From: Clostridia bacterium
GTDB lineage: Bacteria; Bacillota; Clostridia; Oscillospirales; CAG-272
NCBI GenBank assembly: GCA_017467105.1
Contig: JAFTSU010000002.1
Span: 130,481 to 194,480, forward strand
Length of the DNA: 64,000 nt
Reading direction: 5' to 3'
A program made the translations under genes and the position numbers. Below are positions 53,342 through 63,988 of the stretch, in pieces. Below the pieces are notes generated by a model. The model made no database searches, was not told the origin of the DNA, and saw only the letters and a program-made list of their open reading frames with translations. Within the stretch, counting starts at the first letter, position 1. Each line of letters opens with the position of its first letter.

Positions 53342-54175
53342 ATGAGCAGAAAATATATGAGCGGAGGAGCGATGAGCGCTCCAATACCCCCCGCCCTTGT
53401 GACCGTTGGAGATATGGAAAATTCAAACGTTCTGACTGTGGCATGGACGGGTATACTTGCAACCAAGCCGCCGAGGACGTACGTTTCCGTCAGACCGTCA
53501 AGACACTCTTATTCTTATCTGAAGGAGCGGGGCGAATTTGTTATTAACCTGCCATCTAGGGCTATGGTGAGAGAGGTGGATTTTGCCGGTATATACACAG
53601 GCAAGAAGATAGATAAATTCAAAAGGTGCGGATTTACCAAGGTGAAAAGCGATAAGGTGTCGCCGCCTACGATCGCGGAGTGCCCCATTGCTCTTGAGTG
53701 CAGGGTTTGCGATGTTATTTCTATGGGGACTCACGACGTATTTATAGCAGATATAGTTGCCACCTCCTGTGACGAGGGTCTTCTTGACGGCGAGGGTAAG
53801 ATACACTTCGAGCGCGCTGATCTGATAGCGTACGCCCACGGCGAGTACTATTCCCTGGGTGAGCAGATAGGTAAATTTGGCTTCAGCACTGATAAGGCTG
53901 AGAAAAAAAGCGAAAAGGCTCGCGGCACAAGCTCCGCAAAAATGAATAGCAAGAGAGATACCGTTCAGAGCAACAGAGCCTTGGATAACGGTGGGAGAAG
54001 CAAAGCTGACGAGGTAAGCGAAAATGACAGATCTGCCGCTACAGAAAATGATAATAGAAAGACCGTTGAAACTCACTTCTATGACGGAGTGGGCGGACAA
54101 AGGAAAAAACGGGTATATAAGGATAAGGAAAAGGGAAGACCTCACGGAAAAAGGGTAAAGGAGAAGCAGAAATGA
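53342..54175 (+). CDS. Flavin reductase-like (FMN-binding split-barrel) protein with a ~95-aa charged C-terminal extension
   Basis: Core PALVTVG...NVLTVAWTG...PPRTYVSVRPSRHSY resembles the flavin reductase domain. The tail is rich in K/R/E/D/S. Confidence 0.75.
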   Translation: MSRKYMSGGAMSAPIPPALVTVGDMENSNVLTVAWTGILATKPPRTYVSVRPSRHSYSYLKERGEFVINLPSRAMVREVDFAGIYTGKKIDKFKRCGFTKVKSDKVSPPTIAECPIALECRVCDVISMGTHDVFIADIVATSCDEGLLDGEGKIHFERADLIAYAHGEYYSLGEQIGKFGFSTDKAEKKSEKARGTSSAKMNSKRDTVQSNRALDNGGRSKADEVSENDRSAATENDNRKTVETHFYDGVGGQRKKRVYKDKEKGRPHGKRVKEKQK

Positions 54176-54570
54176 GCCACGAAAATACTGAAAAGATCAG
54201 GGAGCATATATTACAGCTTATAGGCTCGGAATACGAAAGTGACGCGGCGTTTGAGAGAGCGGTAGGGCTTTCGGAAAAGACGGTAAACAATTGGAGACGG
54301 GGCAGATCCGCCTCGTTTATGAGGATGCTTCCTCTTCTCTCGGAGAAGTTCGGTGTCAATATCTCGGAGCTTCTCAATCTGATGCCGACCAAGGATACGT
54401 CTGAGCTTTCACAGGAGGAGCTGCATCTTCTTCATCTTTACAGAAGGAGCCGGGTATTACCGCAGAATATGAGAACGGCTCTCAGAGAAACTCTTGAGAC
54501 TACGATCAATTTATATATAAACAGCGCAAAGGAGCTTAAGGATAAAACGGCGCAAAAAAGCAAGAAATAA
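54172..54570 (+). CDS. XRE-family HTH transcriptional regulator
   Basis: HTH FERAVGLSEKTVNNWRRGRS. The start overlaps the preceding stop (ATGA). Confidence 0.8.
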   Translation: MSHENTEKIREHILQLIGSEYESDAAFERAVGLSEKTVNNWRRGRSASFMRMLPLLSEKFGVNISELLNLMPTKDTSELSQEELHLLHLYRRSRVLPQNMRTALRETLETTINLYINSAKELKDKTAQKSKK

Positions 54571-54607
54571 AAACCAAAGTTTACATTATCGTTTTTGAGG
54601 AGATAAT

Positions 54608-55666
54608 TTGAATAATAAAAATAAATTTAAGGAAATCGCTCCGCTAATAATCGTTGTGCTGCTTACTGCTCTGGTTGTAGCCGCGATTCTGCTAAGAGAC
54701 GGAGAAAAAAACAAGAGCAAGATATTATACGGCTACTTTGATACCGTGACCGTAATAACCGACTATGGCGGAGTGTCGGCGGAGGAGTTCTCCGATATTT
54801 GTCTTACTGTAGAGGAGGGGCTGAAATATTATCACAGGCTTTTTGATATTTACAACGAGTATTCCGATACGGTTAATCTCTGCAAGATAAATAAACTAGC
54901 AGGCGACGGACCGATAGAGATCGATGCTGAGCTTTTTGCTTTTCTCGAGTACTGCAGGGACACGTATACTCTGACTCGCGGTGAGGTGAACGTATGTATG
55001 GGAGCGGTGCTGTCCTTATGGCATGAATTCAGAAGCGATTATTCGAAGGGAGCGCCAATACCCCAAACGGAGCAGCTTTCCGCTCTTTATGAGCACTGTA
55101 ATATTGACCATATGATCCTGGATCGTGCGAACATGACGGTGGAGCTGACAGACCCCGAAATGAGTCTTGATGTGGGTGCGGTTGCCAAGGGATACGCCGC
55201 ACAGAAGATTGTCGATAAGCTGAAGGATAAAGGAATAAGCGGCGTTACGCTGGACGTTGGCGGAAATATCTGCCTTGTCGGAGAGAAGCCGTCGGGTGAC
55301 GGATGGATAACTGGTATAGAAAACCCCGATAAATCATCTGATCAGCCTCACGTTATGACCTTCACGGCCTCTGATACCTCGGTGGTAACGTCGGGGGATT
55401 ATCAAAGATACGTTACTGTTGACGGAAAAAGATACCATCATATAATTGATAAGGATACCCTATATCCCAGCAGCTTCTTTTCTTCAGTGAGCGTGGTATG
55501 CCGAGACTCCGGACTTGCCGACGCTCTCTCGACTGCTCTTTTCTCTATGAGCTACGAGGATGGATTGGCTCTCGTTGAGTCATTACCTGAGGTTCAGCTC
55601 GCGGTATGGGTGACGCCATCAGGAGAGGTGCTGACTGCCAAGGATATGGAATACTATGATGAGTAA
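54608..55666 (+). CDS. apbE: FAD:protein FMN transferase ApbE (membrane anchored)
   Basis: DVGAVAKGYA and TSGDYQRY motifs, N-terminal TM helix, TTG start. Confidence 0.88.
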   Translation: MNNKNKFKEIAPLIIVVLLTALVVAAILLRDGEKNKSKILYGYFDTVTVITDYGGVSAEEFSDICLTVEEGLKYYHRLFDIYNEYSDTVNLCKINKLAGDGPIEIDAELFAFLEYCRDTYTLTRGEVNVCMGAVLSLWHEFRSDYSKGAPIPQTEQLSALYEHCNIDHMILDRANMTVELTDPEMSLDVGAVAKGYAAQKIVDKLKDKGISGVTLDVGGNICLVGEKPSGDGWITGIENPDKSSDQPHVMTFTASDTSVVTSGDYQRYVTVDGKRYHHIIDKDTLYPSSFFSSVSVVCRDSGLADALSTALFSMSYEDGLALVESLPEVQLAVWVTPSGEVLTAKDMEYYDE

Positions 55667-55758
55667 ATTGCTTGCGCTTGCCCGGCTCAAGCTATAACCT
55701 ATAAGTATATACGGTTATGTGCGTAGTCATTCGTTAATTTATCGCAAAAACAAAGAAA

Positions 55759-55803
55759 AGCTGTAAAATTCCATCAAATTTCGGTGGATTTTTACAGCTT
55801 TTT
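55759..55803 (+). terminator. Intrinsic terminator after apbE
   Basis: AGCTGTAAAA...TTTTACAGCT followed by TTTT. Confidence 0.75.
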
Positions 55804-55912
55804 GCAAATAATACTTTGCTTTTATCCTATTCGACTGTCAGAAATCTACACAATTCTCTCGTTTTATGATCTATACTTTTCATATACAAATTAATATGAA
55901 AGGTTGATGAAA

Positions 55913-58321
55913 ATGAACAATCTCAAGGATAGAGAAGAGCAAGCTGCTGACAGCAAGGGCGGCATTGGAGAAAAATATTCAAGGATGGTAAAGGGCGCTC
56001 TAAGCGGTGCGGCGCTCGGTGAAAAAAGCATTCTGTATTATACGGTTGTATTTACTCTCGCGCTGCTGTTTGGCAGATGTCACACCGTTTTCTCAGCTCA
56101 TCCACTTGGAATAGCGATGACGGCGCTGATGCCGGAGCAGGTGTTCGTTACCGCTGCGGGATGTGTGCTTGGATCGCTGACTGTCGGGCGAAGCGGTATA
56201 ATATACGCTCTTGCCGTTTCGCTGACACTTTTTCTGCGCGCTCTTATTTCGGGAGGACGCAGAACTGAGCATCTCTTTAAGGATGGATTAGGGGTCAGAA
56301 TGTCCTGCGCCGTGGTGGGCGGATCGGTCGTGGCTCTTTACGAGGTGCTGCTCGGAGGATTATCCGCCGCCACGGTTCTGCTGGGCGCAACTATGGTTCT
56401 TATGCCTCCTGCCGCTGTATTTCTGCTTTCCGGACTTTTTGAGAACGGGCTTTCGCTCTCTGAGGTTTTCAGCGCAAATAAAAATCTGCTCTCACTTGCG
56501 GGCAGAAGCGACAAGGAACGGTTTAATCTGATATTCTTTCAGCTGTCTTGCCTGACGCTTCTGTTTCTTGTTACTCTCTCTCTTTCCGAAATAGAGCTTA
56601 TGGGTATTTCGGCACCATATATTTTCGTTGGCTTCGTTACCATTCTGGTTGCCAAAAGATTCGGCGCGATCAGAGCAATGGCGGTTGGCTTCGTGTCCGC
56701 CCTAAGTATTTCGGGCGTGTATTCTGTATCCTTTGCTCTGGCGGGTCTCGGCGCAGGTCTTCTCTTCGGCTTCGGCGCTACGTATGCGCTTATTGCCGGC
56801 GGAGCGCTTCTATCTATGTGGAGCGCGTATTCCGGAGGGCTTGAGGGCTTTTTGTCCACTCTCCCCGAGTATATGATATCGGCAATTCTGGCAGGACCTG
56901 TATGTAAGGATATCGTCAAGGAGAAAACTGCCGAGGGTATCGCCTCTGTTGAAAGGACCGCTAAGGATATGGTTGGAACAGCCGCCCTAAAGTATAAGGG
57001 GAGGACTACTGACGCCATTCATGGACTTGAGGCGTCTCTCAGCGAGATGGCTATGCTGGTTAGAGAATACTCCAAGGCTCATTTTCCTCTAAGCCAAGAG
57101 GATTACAGAGACATAGTAATAGACGTTGCGGAGAGAAATTGCCGCTCTTGCCCGGAGCAGAAGATGTGTATGGCGGAGGATATTCGTCCTGTTTTCAGAG
57201 GAGCGGATAAAATAGCCGGAAAGCTTGCTGAGGGAAAAGCTATTACCGCGGAGGACGTGAACGGAAGCACGGAGTTCTGTCAGAAAGCAGAGTCCGTGGC
57301 TGAAGAGATAATGAGAGAGGCGGCGAGAGCCGAGAGAGAGGACAGACGACTTAAGGATACGGATTCTACGGCGGACGTATACGAGCTGGTCGCAAAGCTT
57401 ATCTCCGACGCCAGAGGATATGACGTCAGCGAGAGTGTTTCTGCGGACGAGTATACCGAGCCTCTTACGAATATGATGAGAGAGCTTGGCTACGACGACG
57501 CAGTTATAAGGGTATTCGGAGAAAGAAAAAAGCATTTTATCGTGGCGCTTGAGGACGAGGATGGAGACAGAATAAGCTCCAAGGATCTGCAGCTGGGAAT
57601 AGAGAGGATAGCGTCGGTCAGACTTGGTACACCCGAATTCTACAGAGGCGGTAAAATGGCGCTGATGGAGTGCGACGCAAGGCGTGCCTTTTCCGTTGAG
57701 TGCGCCAGCGGAAGAATATCCGCTGACGAAAAGGAAATATGCGGAGACACGGTTTCAGTATTTGAATCCGCGTCGGACACCTTCTACGCTCTGATCTCCG
57801 ACGGAATGGGCAGGGGAGAGCTTGCAGGAGATACCTCTGCGTTCGTGGCAGGATTTCTTGAGCGAGCGCTGAGCTGTGTCGCCGAAAAGGAGACGGTGCT
57901 TCACCTTTTGAATCACGTTATGAGGGGAAGAAGTGAGGAATGCTCGGCTACCGTTGATCTGTTTGAATTGGATCTGATAACCGGAGACGCTACGTTTGTA
58001 AAGAGCGGTTCTGCACCCTCTTTTATAAAAAGAGATAAATCCATCTTCCGTATTAAATCCCAGACGGCTCCCATAGGGCTTATGCGCTCTATAGATTCCG
58101 AAAAAATACGCGTGGAGGTGAAGAGCGAGGACTACGTAATAATGATATCCGACGGTATACTGCAGTCGGCGGAGGAGTCACCCTGGCTTGTTGAGCTGCT
58201 TGCCTCACCCGCTCCGAAAACGCTAAAGGAGTACGTTGACCTGATACTTTCCGAGGCGACGAGAAGATCGGACAGCGGTGACGATATGAGCGTTATCGTG
58301 ATGAAAATTCAGAAAATATAG
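55913..58321 (+). CDS. spoIIE: Stage II sporulation protein E (PP2C phosphatase with a polytopic membrane domain)
   Basis: About 10 TM helices followed by PP2C motifs LISDGMGRG and MISDGIL. The start is uncertain: TTG 55904, ATG 55907 or ATG 55913. Confidence 0.92.
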   Translation: MNNLKDREEQAADSKGGIGEKYSRMVKGALSGAALGEKSILYYTVVFTLALLFGRCHTVFSAHPLGIAMTALMPEQVFVTAAGCVLGSLTVGRSGIIYALAVSLTLFLRALISGGRRTEHLFKDGLGVRMSCAVVGGSVVALYEVLLGGLSAATVLLGATMVLMPPAAVFLLSGLFENGLSLSEVFSANKNLLSLAGRSDKERFNLIFFQLSCLTLLFLVTLSLSEIELMGISAPYIFVGFVTILVAKRFGAIRAMAVGFVSALSISGVYSVSFALAGLGAGLLFGFGATYALIAGGALLSMWSAYSGGLEGFLSTLPEYMISAILAGPVCKDIVKEKTAEGIASVERTAKDMVGTAALKYKGRTTDAIHGLEASLSEMAMLVREYSKAHFPLSQEDYRDIVIDVAERNCRSCPEQKMCMAEDIRPVFRGADKIAGKLAEGKAITAEDVNGSTEFCQKAESVAEEIMREAARAEREDRRLKDTDSTADVYELVAKLISDARGYDVSESVSADEYTEPLTNMMRELGYDDAVIRVFGERKKHFIVALEDEDGDRISSKDLQLGIERIASVRLGTPEFYRGGKMALMECDARRAFSVECASGRISADEKEICGDTVSVFESASDTFYALISDGMGRGELAGDTSAFVAGFLERALSCVAEKETVLHLLNHVMRGRSEECSATVDLFELDLITGDATFVKSGSAPSFIKRDKSIFRIKSQTAPIGLMRSIDSEKIRVEVKSEDYVIMISDGILQSAEESPWLVELLASPAPKTLKEYVDLILSEATRRSDSGDDMSVIVMKIQKI

Positions 58322-58514
58322 CGGTATCATAATCTTGCGGTTTGCATAGTATATAATAGGTGAACCCAAAAATCAATATGGAGAGCTATATGAAAATAGT
58401 GCTTGTTAGAAGTCCGAAAGTTATAAGATATTTCTTGTCAAAAATTTTCGGAGTAAAAACACAAAACGGTAAATAATAAGGCAAAATACAAATAAATATT
58501 TACAAAAACATAAT

Positions 58515-58570
58515 AAAACGCAGAATTTTAGTAATATCCAATAACGGAATGTACTAAAATTCTGCGTTTT
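58515..58570. terminator. Bidirectional terminator between spoIIE and the convergent SLOG gene
   Basis: AAAACGCAGAATTTTAG...CTAAAATTCTGCGTTTT. Confidence 0.8.
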
Positions 58571-58624
58571 AATATACTTTATATATAACAGGCTTGAACT
58601 ACTCGGGTTTTGTTGCCTCAGCAT

Positions 58625-58954
58625 TTACATATAAATAATTGTGTATGGGGTCCCCGTTCTCTTGCAATAATCAATAACGAAGGCTGTCCCGCGACTTTCT
58701 CCATCCCAGAATGCAACCACGAAATCAGAATATTCAACTATTGTTTTGTTTCGGAGAATAGGCGCGCTTCTGCCGTGAGTATCGTAATCGGGTCGGAAAA
58801 CGGTAAGCTTTAAGCCGTTGGCTTTTGCGTATCTCTCCGCGCACCTGTCAACGCCTCTCGCCCCTCCCGAAACTATTTCGGTGCAGTCTGGCGGAAGATA
58901 TGCGCCGATCTCGGCTACGTAGAGATTTCTTGATCCTATTACTGCTACCCTCAT
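58625..58954 (-). CDS. DUF2493 / SLOG-fold (DprA/YpsA-like Rossmann) small protein
   Basis: MRVAVIGSRN...IVSGGARGVD...VVAFWDGESRGT pattern. ATG 58954 follows an AAGGAGAAGG RBS. Confidence 0.7.
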   Translation of the reverse strand: MRVAVIGSRNLYVAEIGAYLPPDCTEIVSGGARGVDRCAERYAKANGLKLTVFRPDYDTHGRSAPILRNKTIVEYSDFVVAFWDGESRGTAFVIDYCKRTGTPYTIIYM

Positions 58955-59127
58955 ATCCTTCTCCTTAGTATTACTAAGCCAAATCGGCATCTGTTATCCG
59001 GCTGTCTTAGATATATCTGTTTTGTATGCTTATTGTTCCGTTTGTCTATTGGTGTTTCGAGGACTTGCGCCTACTCGTATCTGTCAGATAGATGCTTTTG
59101 CGCTATTTTACATACTCTGCCCGTAGA

Positions 59128-60312
59128 TCACAGCACGACAGTAAATTTGCAGCCGCCCCCTTCTCCGTCACATACGGATACCTCGCCGCCCTCAGCATCT
59201 ACTATCTGCTTCACGAGCGCAAGTCCCAGTCCGTTACCCTCGGATTTGTGCGAGCTGTCGGACTGATAGAAGCGATCAAATACGTGACATTTATCCTCGT
59301 CGGAGATGCCTTCTCCCTCATCTGTCACCGTGAATACGGCTTTGCCTTTCTTTTTTTGTAGGGTTATTCTGATGGTGCTGTCCTTCGGTCCGAACTTAAT
59401 GGCGTTTTCAATCAGATTTTTCCATACGTGAATAAGAAGATTTTCGTTTCCCGTGTGGATAAGCTCCTCCATATCCACGTCAAGCTCACAGTTTTTCTCC
59501 GTCCATTTCGGCTCAAGCTCAACGATGGAGCTACGTATCTGCTCGTCAAGACGGAAGGTTGAGGCTCTGGACTGTATGCCCTGGTTATCTATCTTTGATA
59601 AAAGAAGAATGTTTCCGACCAGAGTTGAGAGCCTGTTTGTATTCAGAAGTATTTTTTCGATATATTTTTGCTGCTCGGGTGTAGTACCGTAAGAGTCTCC
59701 AAGCAGGGTTACGTAGCCCTCTATTGCGGTTATCGGAGTTTTGAATTCGTGCGACACGTTAGATACGAAATCTGTCTGCAGTATCTCCGTCGCTCCCAGC
59801 TCCTTCACCATAGCGTTGAAGTTCTCGTTTATCTCCCTTATTTCTCTGAAGCCCTTGTCCGTTCTGAGCCTGACGGTAAAGTCGCCGTTGGCAACTCTCT
59901 TAACAGCGTTTCCCAGAGTGGAGATGGGTCCGGAGAAAAATCTGGTGAGAAAGAGAATGGTCAGAAGACCAAGCACTACACCTACGCCAACGAGCCATAC
60001 TATGTCGGGTATGCTGGCTGACTTATCTATCGTGCTTCTTACAAGATTCAGAATTCCGGAAGCGCCCGCAGAGATAAGAAGCACCTCTGCCATGATTAGA
60101 ATAGCGAAGAAAATATTAAGACCCAGCGCCTTTTTTTTCACTTGATCGCTGCTTTTAGCGGAGCTTTGCAGGTGATCCTTGGCTATATGCTTTACCTTTT
60201 CGATGTTTCTTCTCAGTAGGTTATTTATTGCCTGTATGCTTTTTCTTTGAGCCTCGACGGAATCGGTTGCGGTGCGCTCCTCGAGCGTGGGAGTTTTATC
60301 TTTGTCGGTCAT
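59128..60312 (-). CDS. Sensor histidine kinase (TM-HAMP-HisKA-HATPase)
   Basis: H-box SHEFKTPIT, G-box GLGLALV. The start overlaps the response-regulator stop (TGATG). Confidence 0.92.
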   Translation of the reverse strand: MTDKDKTPTLEERTATDSVEAQRKSIQAINNLLRRNIEKVKHIAKDHLQSSAKSSDQVKKKALGLNIFFAILIMAEVLLISAGASGILNLVRSTIDKSASIPDIVWLVGVGVVLGLLTILFLTRFFSGPISTLGNAVKRVANGDFTVRLRTDKGFREIREINENFNAMVKELGATEILQTDFVSNVSHEFKTPITAIEGYVTLLGDSYGTTPEQQKYIEKILLNTNRLSTLVGNILLLSKIDNQGIQSRASTFRLDEQIRSSIVELEPKWTEKNCELDVDMEELIHTGNENLLIHVWKNLIENAIKFGPKDSTIRITLQKKKGKAVFTVTDEGEGISDEDKCHVFDRFYQSDSSHKSEGNGLGLALVKQIVDAEGGEVSVCDGEGGGCKFTVVL

Positions 60313-60983
60313 CACAGCTTCACCACCTTGTATCCAACGCCGCGAATAGTTACTATCTTGAAGTCGGGATTATCGCGAAATCTGTCGCGGAGCCTGCCTA
60401 TATGTACGTCGACCGTGTGGGTATCACTCTCGGAGTCGTAGCCCCATATCTCGTCCATCAGCTGCTGACGGGTGAATATCTTGCCGGGGAACGCCGCCAT
60501 CTTATATAGCAGCATAAACTCCTTCTGGGGAAGGATATCGCTCTCCCCTTGGGACACTACCGTCAGCGAGTCGCACTCCATTACCGTGGAGCCTATCACC
60601 TGTCTTCTGTCGTTTATCATCTGGGCGCGGCGGAGGAGAGCTCCAACACGCAGAACCATCTCGTTTACGTTTATCGGCTTGACCATATAGTCGTCCGTAC
60701 CGGACAGAAATCCGCGTCTCATATCGTCAAAGGAATCTCTTGCGGTGATCATAAGTATAGGCGTCATTATGCCTGCGTTTCTTAGCGATTCGGCAAGCTC
60801 AAATCCGTCCATACCGGGCATCATCACATCGGAAATAATAAGATCAAAGTAATCTCCATCTATTATTTTAAGCGCCTCGATTCCGTCAGAAGCGCCTATA
60901 ACGGAATATCCCTGGCGGGTAAGCACGTGGGAGAACAGCTGTCTTAGCTCTCTGTCGTCCTCTACGATAAGAATTTTGAGCAT
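60312..60983 (-). CDS. OmpR-family response regulator
   Basis: Receiver domain (DLIISDVMMPGMDG) plus winged helix (VDVHIGRLRDRF). Confidence 0.94.
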   Translation of the reverse strand: MLKILIVEDDRELRQLFSHVLTRQGYSVIGASDGIEALKIIDGDYFDLIISDVMMPGMDGFELAESLRNAGIMTPILMITARDSFDDMRRGFLSGTDDYMVKPINVNEMVLRVGALLRRAQMINDRRQVIGSTVMECDSLTVVSQGESDILPQKEFMLLYKMAAFPGKIFTRQQLMDEIWGYDSESDTHTVDVHIGRLRDRFRDNPDFKIVTIRGVGYKVVKL

Positions 60984-61123
60984 ATCGTTAAACCTCTTGT
61001 AAAATTCTGAAAAATGTAAAGTATTGTGTGAAAAAAGCGTGGTTAATTGTAAAAGACAAAGAAGTAGTTATTAATAAATTGAGAAAAATCGCTATAAATA
61101 TGTGTGCGAATGTACTATCTTAG

Positions 61124-62008
61124 TCAGAACTGCCTTATAGGCTTGATTGCCGACCCTCCCTCGTATTCTCTCACCTCTCCGACGGCAAAAAATCCGTCGC
61201 AGTCGTAAAGGCTTACTCTTTCACCCACGGAGAAGTCGGATCCTATTTTTTTCTGATATATCTCAAGACCGCAGTGGGCGAGCCTTGCGAAGAATGGCTG
61301 TAGAGTGACCCTCGGCAGATCCTTAAAAACGTAAGAAACGGGATATACGGCGCGTTCTCTTTCCTCGCCCGTCATTTTCTCAAGCTCCCCTAAGGTCTTC
61401 GCCTCATTAAGTGTGAAGCCGGATGCAGATGAGCGAGTCAGAGTCTTCATAACGCCACCGACCTGCAGCTTCTTTCCTATATCAGCGCACAGTGTTCTTA
61501 TATACGTTCCCTTAGAGCAGTGAACGTCCAGAGAGTATTCTCTATCCGAGATCCGTTCTACGTCAATAGAAAAAACGGTGACGGGTCTGGCTTCTCTATG
61601 AATTTCTATGCCATCTCTTGCCAGGTCGCAGAGCTTTTTTCCTCCCACCTTTAGGGCTGAGTACATAGGGGGCGTTTGCATATATCCACCTACGAAAGAG
61701 CTAACTGCCGTTCTCACCTCGTCCTCGGTAGGAATACGGTCACACTCAGTAAGAGCTTTACCGGTTATATCCTCCGTGTCCGTCGTGAGTCCTAAGAGAA
61801 GTGTCGCGGAGTAGTGCTTGTCCGCAGTGAGCATAAATTCGCTCGCCTTGACTCCTCTGCCTATCAGAACGGGCAGAACTCCCGTAGCCATAGGGTCCAG
61901 CGTGCCGGTGTGACCGGCCTTGGCTTCTCCGAATATTCGCTTTATACGGTTTACCACCGCCTGCGAGGTCAGCCCCGCCTCCTTGTTTACTATTACTACG
62001 CCGTCCAT
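61124..62008 (-). CDS. truB: tRNA pseudouridine(55) synthase TruB
   Basis: Catalytic-Asp motif GHTGTLDP, PUA-like C-terminus. Confidence 0.94.
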   Translation of the reverse strand: MDGVVIVNKEAGLTSQAVVNRIKRIFGEAKAGHTGTLDPMATGVLPVLIGRGVKASEFMLTADKHYSATLLLGLTTDTEDITGKALTECDRIPTEDEVRTAVSSFVGGYMQTPPMYSALKVGGKKLCDLARDGIEIHREARPVTVFSIDVERISDREYSLDVHCSKGTYIRTLCADIGKKLQVGGVMKTLTRSSASGFTLNEAKTLGELEKMTGEERERAVYPVSYVFKDLPRVTLQPFFARLAHCGLEIYQKKIGSDFSVGERVSLYDCDGFFAVGEVREYEGGSAIKPIRQF

Positions 62009-62199
62009 CCGTTTCTCCGATGCTTCTGTTAGTGCGGAAAAATCCGTCTATAATATTTTATCACAAAGCAGGTAGGATTTCAATATTTAAGCTGAATTTT
62101 GAATATTTTGATAACGCGCGAGGGCGATTTTCGGAGCGCTTCTTCTTTTCCCGTCTTATGTGTGTAGACGGGAAATCTGCGAGAAAAACAAATTAAATA

Positions 62200-62228
62200 T
62201 TGAAAGTTGATCTGATATGTGCTATAAT
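62200..62228 (+). promoter_or_regulatory. Candidate sigma-A promoter of the ACT/UPF0210 pair
   Basis: TTGAAA, 17 nt, TATAAT. Confidence 0.6.
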
Positions 62229-62296
62229 CAATTTACATTTTATGTATAGGCGGGCTTTTTGCCCTGCCTGCCGCTTTGCGACGGAAAGGAAATAAT

Positions 62297-62566
62297 ATGA
62301 AGGCAGTTGTAACCGTAACGGGTAAGGATAAGGTTGGTATCATCGCTATGGCAAGCGATGAGTGCTCCAAGCACGGCGTAAACATCATTGACATAAGCCA
62401 GACGGTAATGAAGGAATACTTTGCGATGATAATGCTCGTTGAGCTGGATGGCATGACGGTAGATTTCGCATCCTTTGCCGAGGCCATCAAGGGCCGCGGC
62501 TTGAAATTGGGCGTTGATATCCGTGTTATGCACGAGGACATCTTCAACTCTATGCACAAGATTTAA
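62297..62566 (+). CDS. ACT-domain protein (UPF0237 family)
   Basis: MKAVVTVTGKDKVGIIA..., ~89 aa, always paired with UPF0210. ATG 62297 is preferred over the 62276 start. Confidence 0.85.
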   Translation: MKAVVTVTGKDKVGIIAMASDECSKHGVNIIDISQTVMKEYFAMIMLVELDGMTVDFASFAEAIKGRGLKLGVDIRVMHEDIFNSMHKI

Positions 62567-62575
62567 GGAGGTCCT

Positions 62576-63934
62576 ATGCTTAATACGAACGATATTCTGG
62601 AAACCATCAGAATGATACGTGACGAGAATCTGGATATCAGAACCGTTACTATGGGTATATCACTTTTTGACTGTATATCCGACGACCCGGAGAGGCTGTC
62701 GCAGAAGATATACGATAAGGTCACAAGGTCAGCGGGAAGGCTTGTCAGCGTATGCGAGGAGCTGGAGCGCACATACGGCATACCAATCGTAAATAAGAGA
62801 ATATCGGTTACTCCGTTATCATACGTTGGCGCCGGACTCTCTCCCGACGGATACGTGAAGCTTGCCAACACACTCGAGAGGGCGGCCAATCAGCTGGGAG
62901 TTAATTTCATCGGCGGCTTTTCGGCTCACGTGCAGAAGGGGGAGATACTTGGCGCGCGAAATCTTATAGAGGCTATTCCTCAGGCGCTGACCGAAACAAC
63001 GAGAATCTGCTCCTCCGTTAACGTTGCCACCACCAAGGCGGGAATTAATATGGATGCGGTTCGCCGTATGGGCGAGATAATCAAGGAGACCGCGTATCTT
63101 ACGAGAGATAAGGACTCTATCGGCTGCGCGAAGCTGGTGGTATTTGCTAACATTCCTGAGGATAATCCCTTCATGGCGGGAGCCGTTCACGGCTTTGGCG
63201 AGCCCGATACGGTTATAAACGTCGGCGTTTCGGGTCCCGGTGTTGTGGCGGTTGCCGTTAAGGAGGCGGGAGATTGCGATTTCTCCCAGCTTGCCGAAAC
63301 CGTTAAGCGTATAGCGTTCAAGATCACCAGAGTCGGACAGCTTATAGCATCCGAGGCGGCAAAGAGGCTTGGTACTCCTTACGGTATCGTGGATCTTTCC
63401 CTTGCTCCAACCCCAGCGGCAGGAGACTCCGTGGCTGAGATACTTGAGAATATGGGGCTTGAGAGATGCGGAACGCACGGCACTACTGCCGCTCTTGCTC
63501 TGCTCAACGATGCGGTGAAGAAGGGCGGAGTGATGGCTTCAAATCACGTAGGCGGTCTCTCGGGCGCGTTTATACCGGTATCCGAGGATAGAGGAATGAT
63601 AGAGGCTGCCAAGATCGGCACTCTCACCCTCGATAAGCTGGAGGCTATGACCGCTGTGTGCTCAGTCGGACTTGATATGATTGCTATTCCCGGTGATACC
63701 GAGGCGTCTACAATATCCGGCATTATCGCGGATGAGATCAGCATAGGCGTGGTGAACAACAAGACCACGGCAGTGAGAGTTATTCCCGTATGGGGCAAGA
63801 GCGTAGGCGACAGCGCCGAGTTCGGCGGACTCTTGGGATATGCTCCCATTATGCCTGTAAAGAGAGAATCCTGCGAGAGATTTATAAATCGCGGCGGCAG
63901 AATTCCGGCACCTATCCACTCTCTGAAAAATTAA
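62576..63934 (+). CDS. UPF0210 (DUF711, PFL-like) family protein
   Basis: 452 aa, conserved N-terminus [34 protein letters not shown]. Confidence 0.88.
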   Translation: MLNTNDILETIRMIRDENLDIRTVTMGISLFDCISDDPERLSQKIYDKVTRSAGRLVSVCEELERTYGIPIVNKRISVTPLSYVGAGLSPDGYVKLANTLERAANQLGVNFIGGFSAHVQKGEILGARNLIEAIPQALTETTRICSSVNVATTKAGINMDAVRRMGEIIKETAYLTRDKDSIGCAKLVVFANIPEDNPFMAGAVHGFGEPDTVINVGVSGPGVVAVAVKEAGDCDFSQLAETVKRIAFKITRVGQLIASEAAKRLGTPYGIVDLSLAPTPAAGDSVAEILENMGLERCGTHGTTAALALLNDAVKKGGVMASNHVGGLSGAFIPVSEDRGMIEAAKIGTLTLDKLEAMTAVCSVGLDMIAIPGDTEASTISGIIADEISIGVVNNKTTAVRVIPVWGKSVGDSAEFGGLLGYAPIMPVKRESCERFINRGGRIPAPIHSLKN

Positions 63935-63951
63935 TTTATCATGTACATTTA

Positions 63952-63988
63952 GCGCGATACCTGATCCGGTATCGCGCATTTGTTTTTT
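63952..63988 (+). terminator. Intrinsic terminator
   Basis: GCGCGATACC-TGATCC-GGTATCGCGC followed by ATTTGTTTTTT. Confidence 0.85.

Noticed and set aside
55825-55845. Spo0A box upstream of spoIIE (TTCGACT / TGTCAGA)
   Set aside because: These are only mismatched half-sites. They are plausible biologically but not distinguishable from chance by eye.
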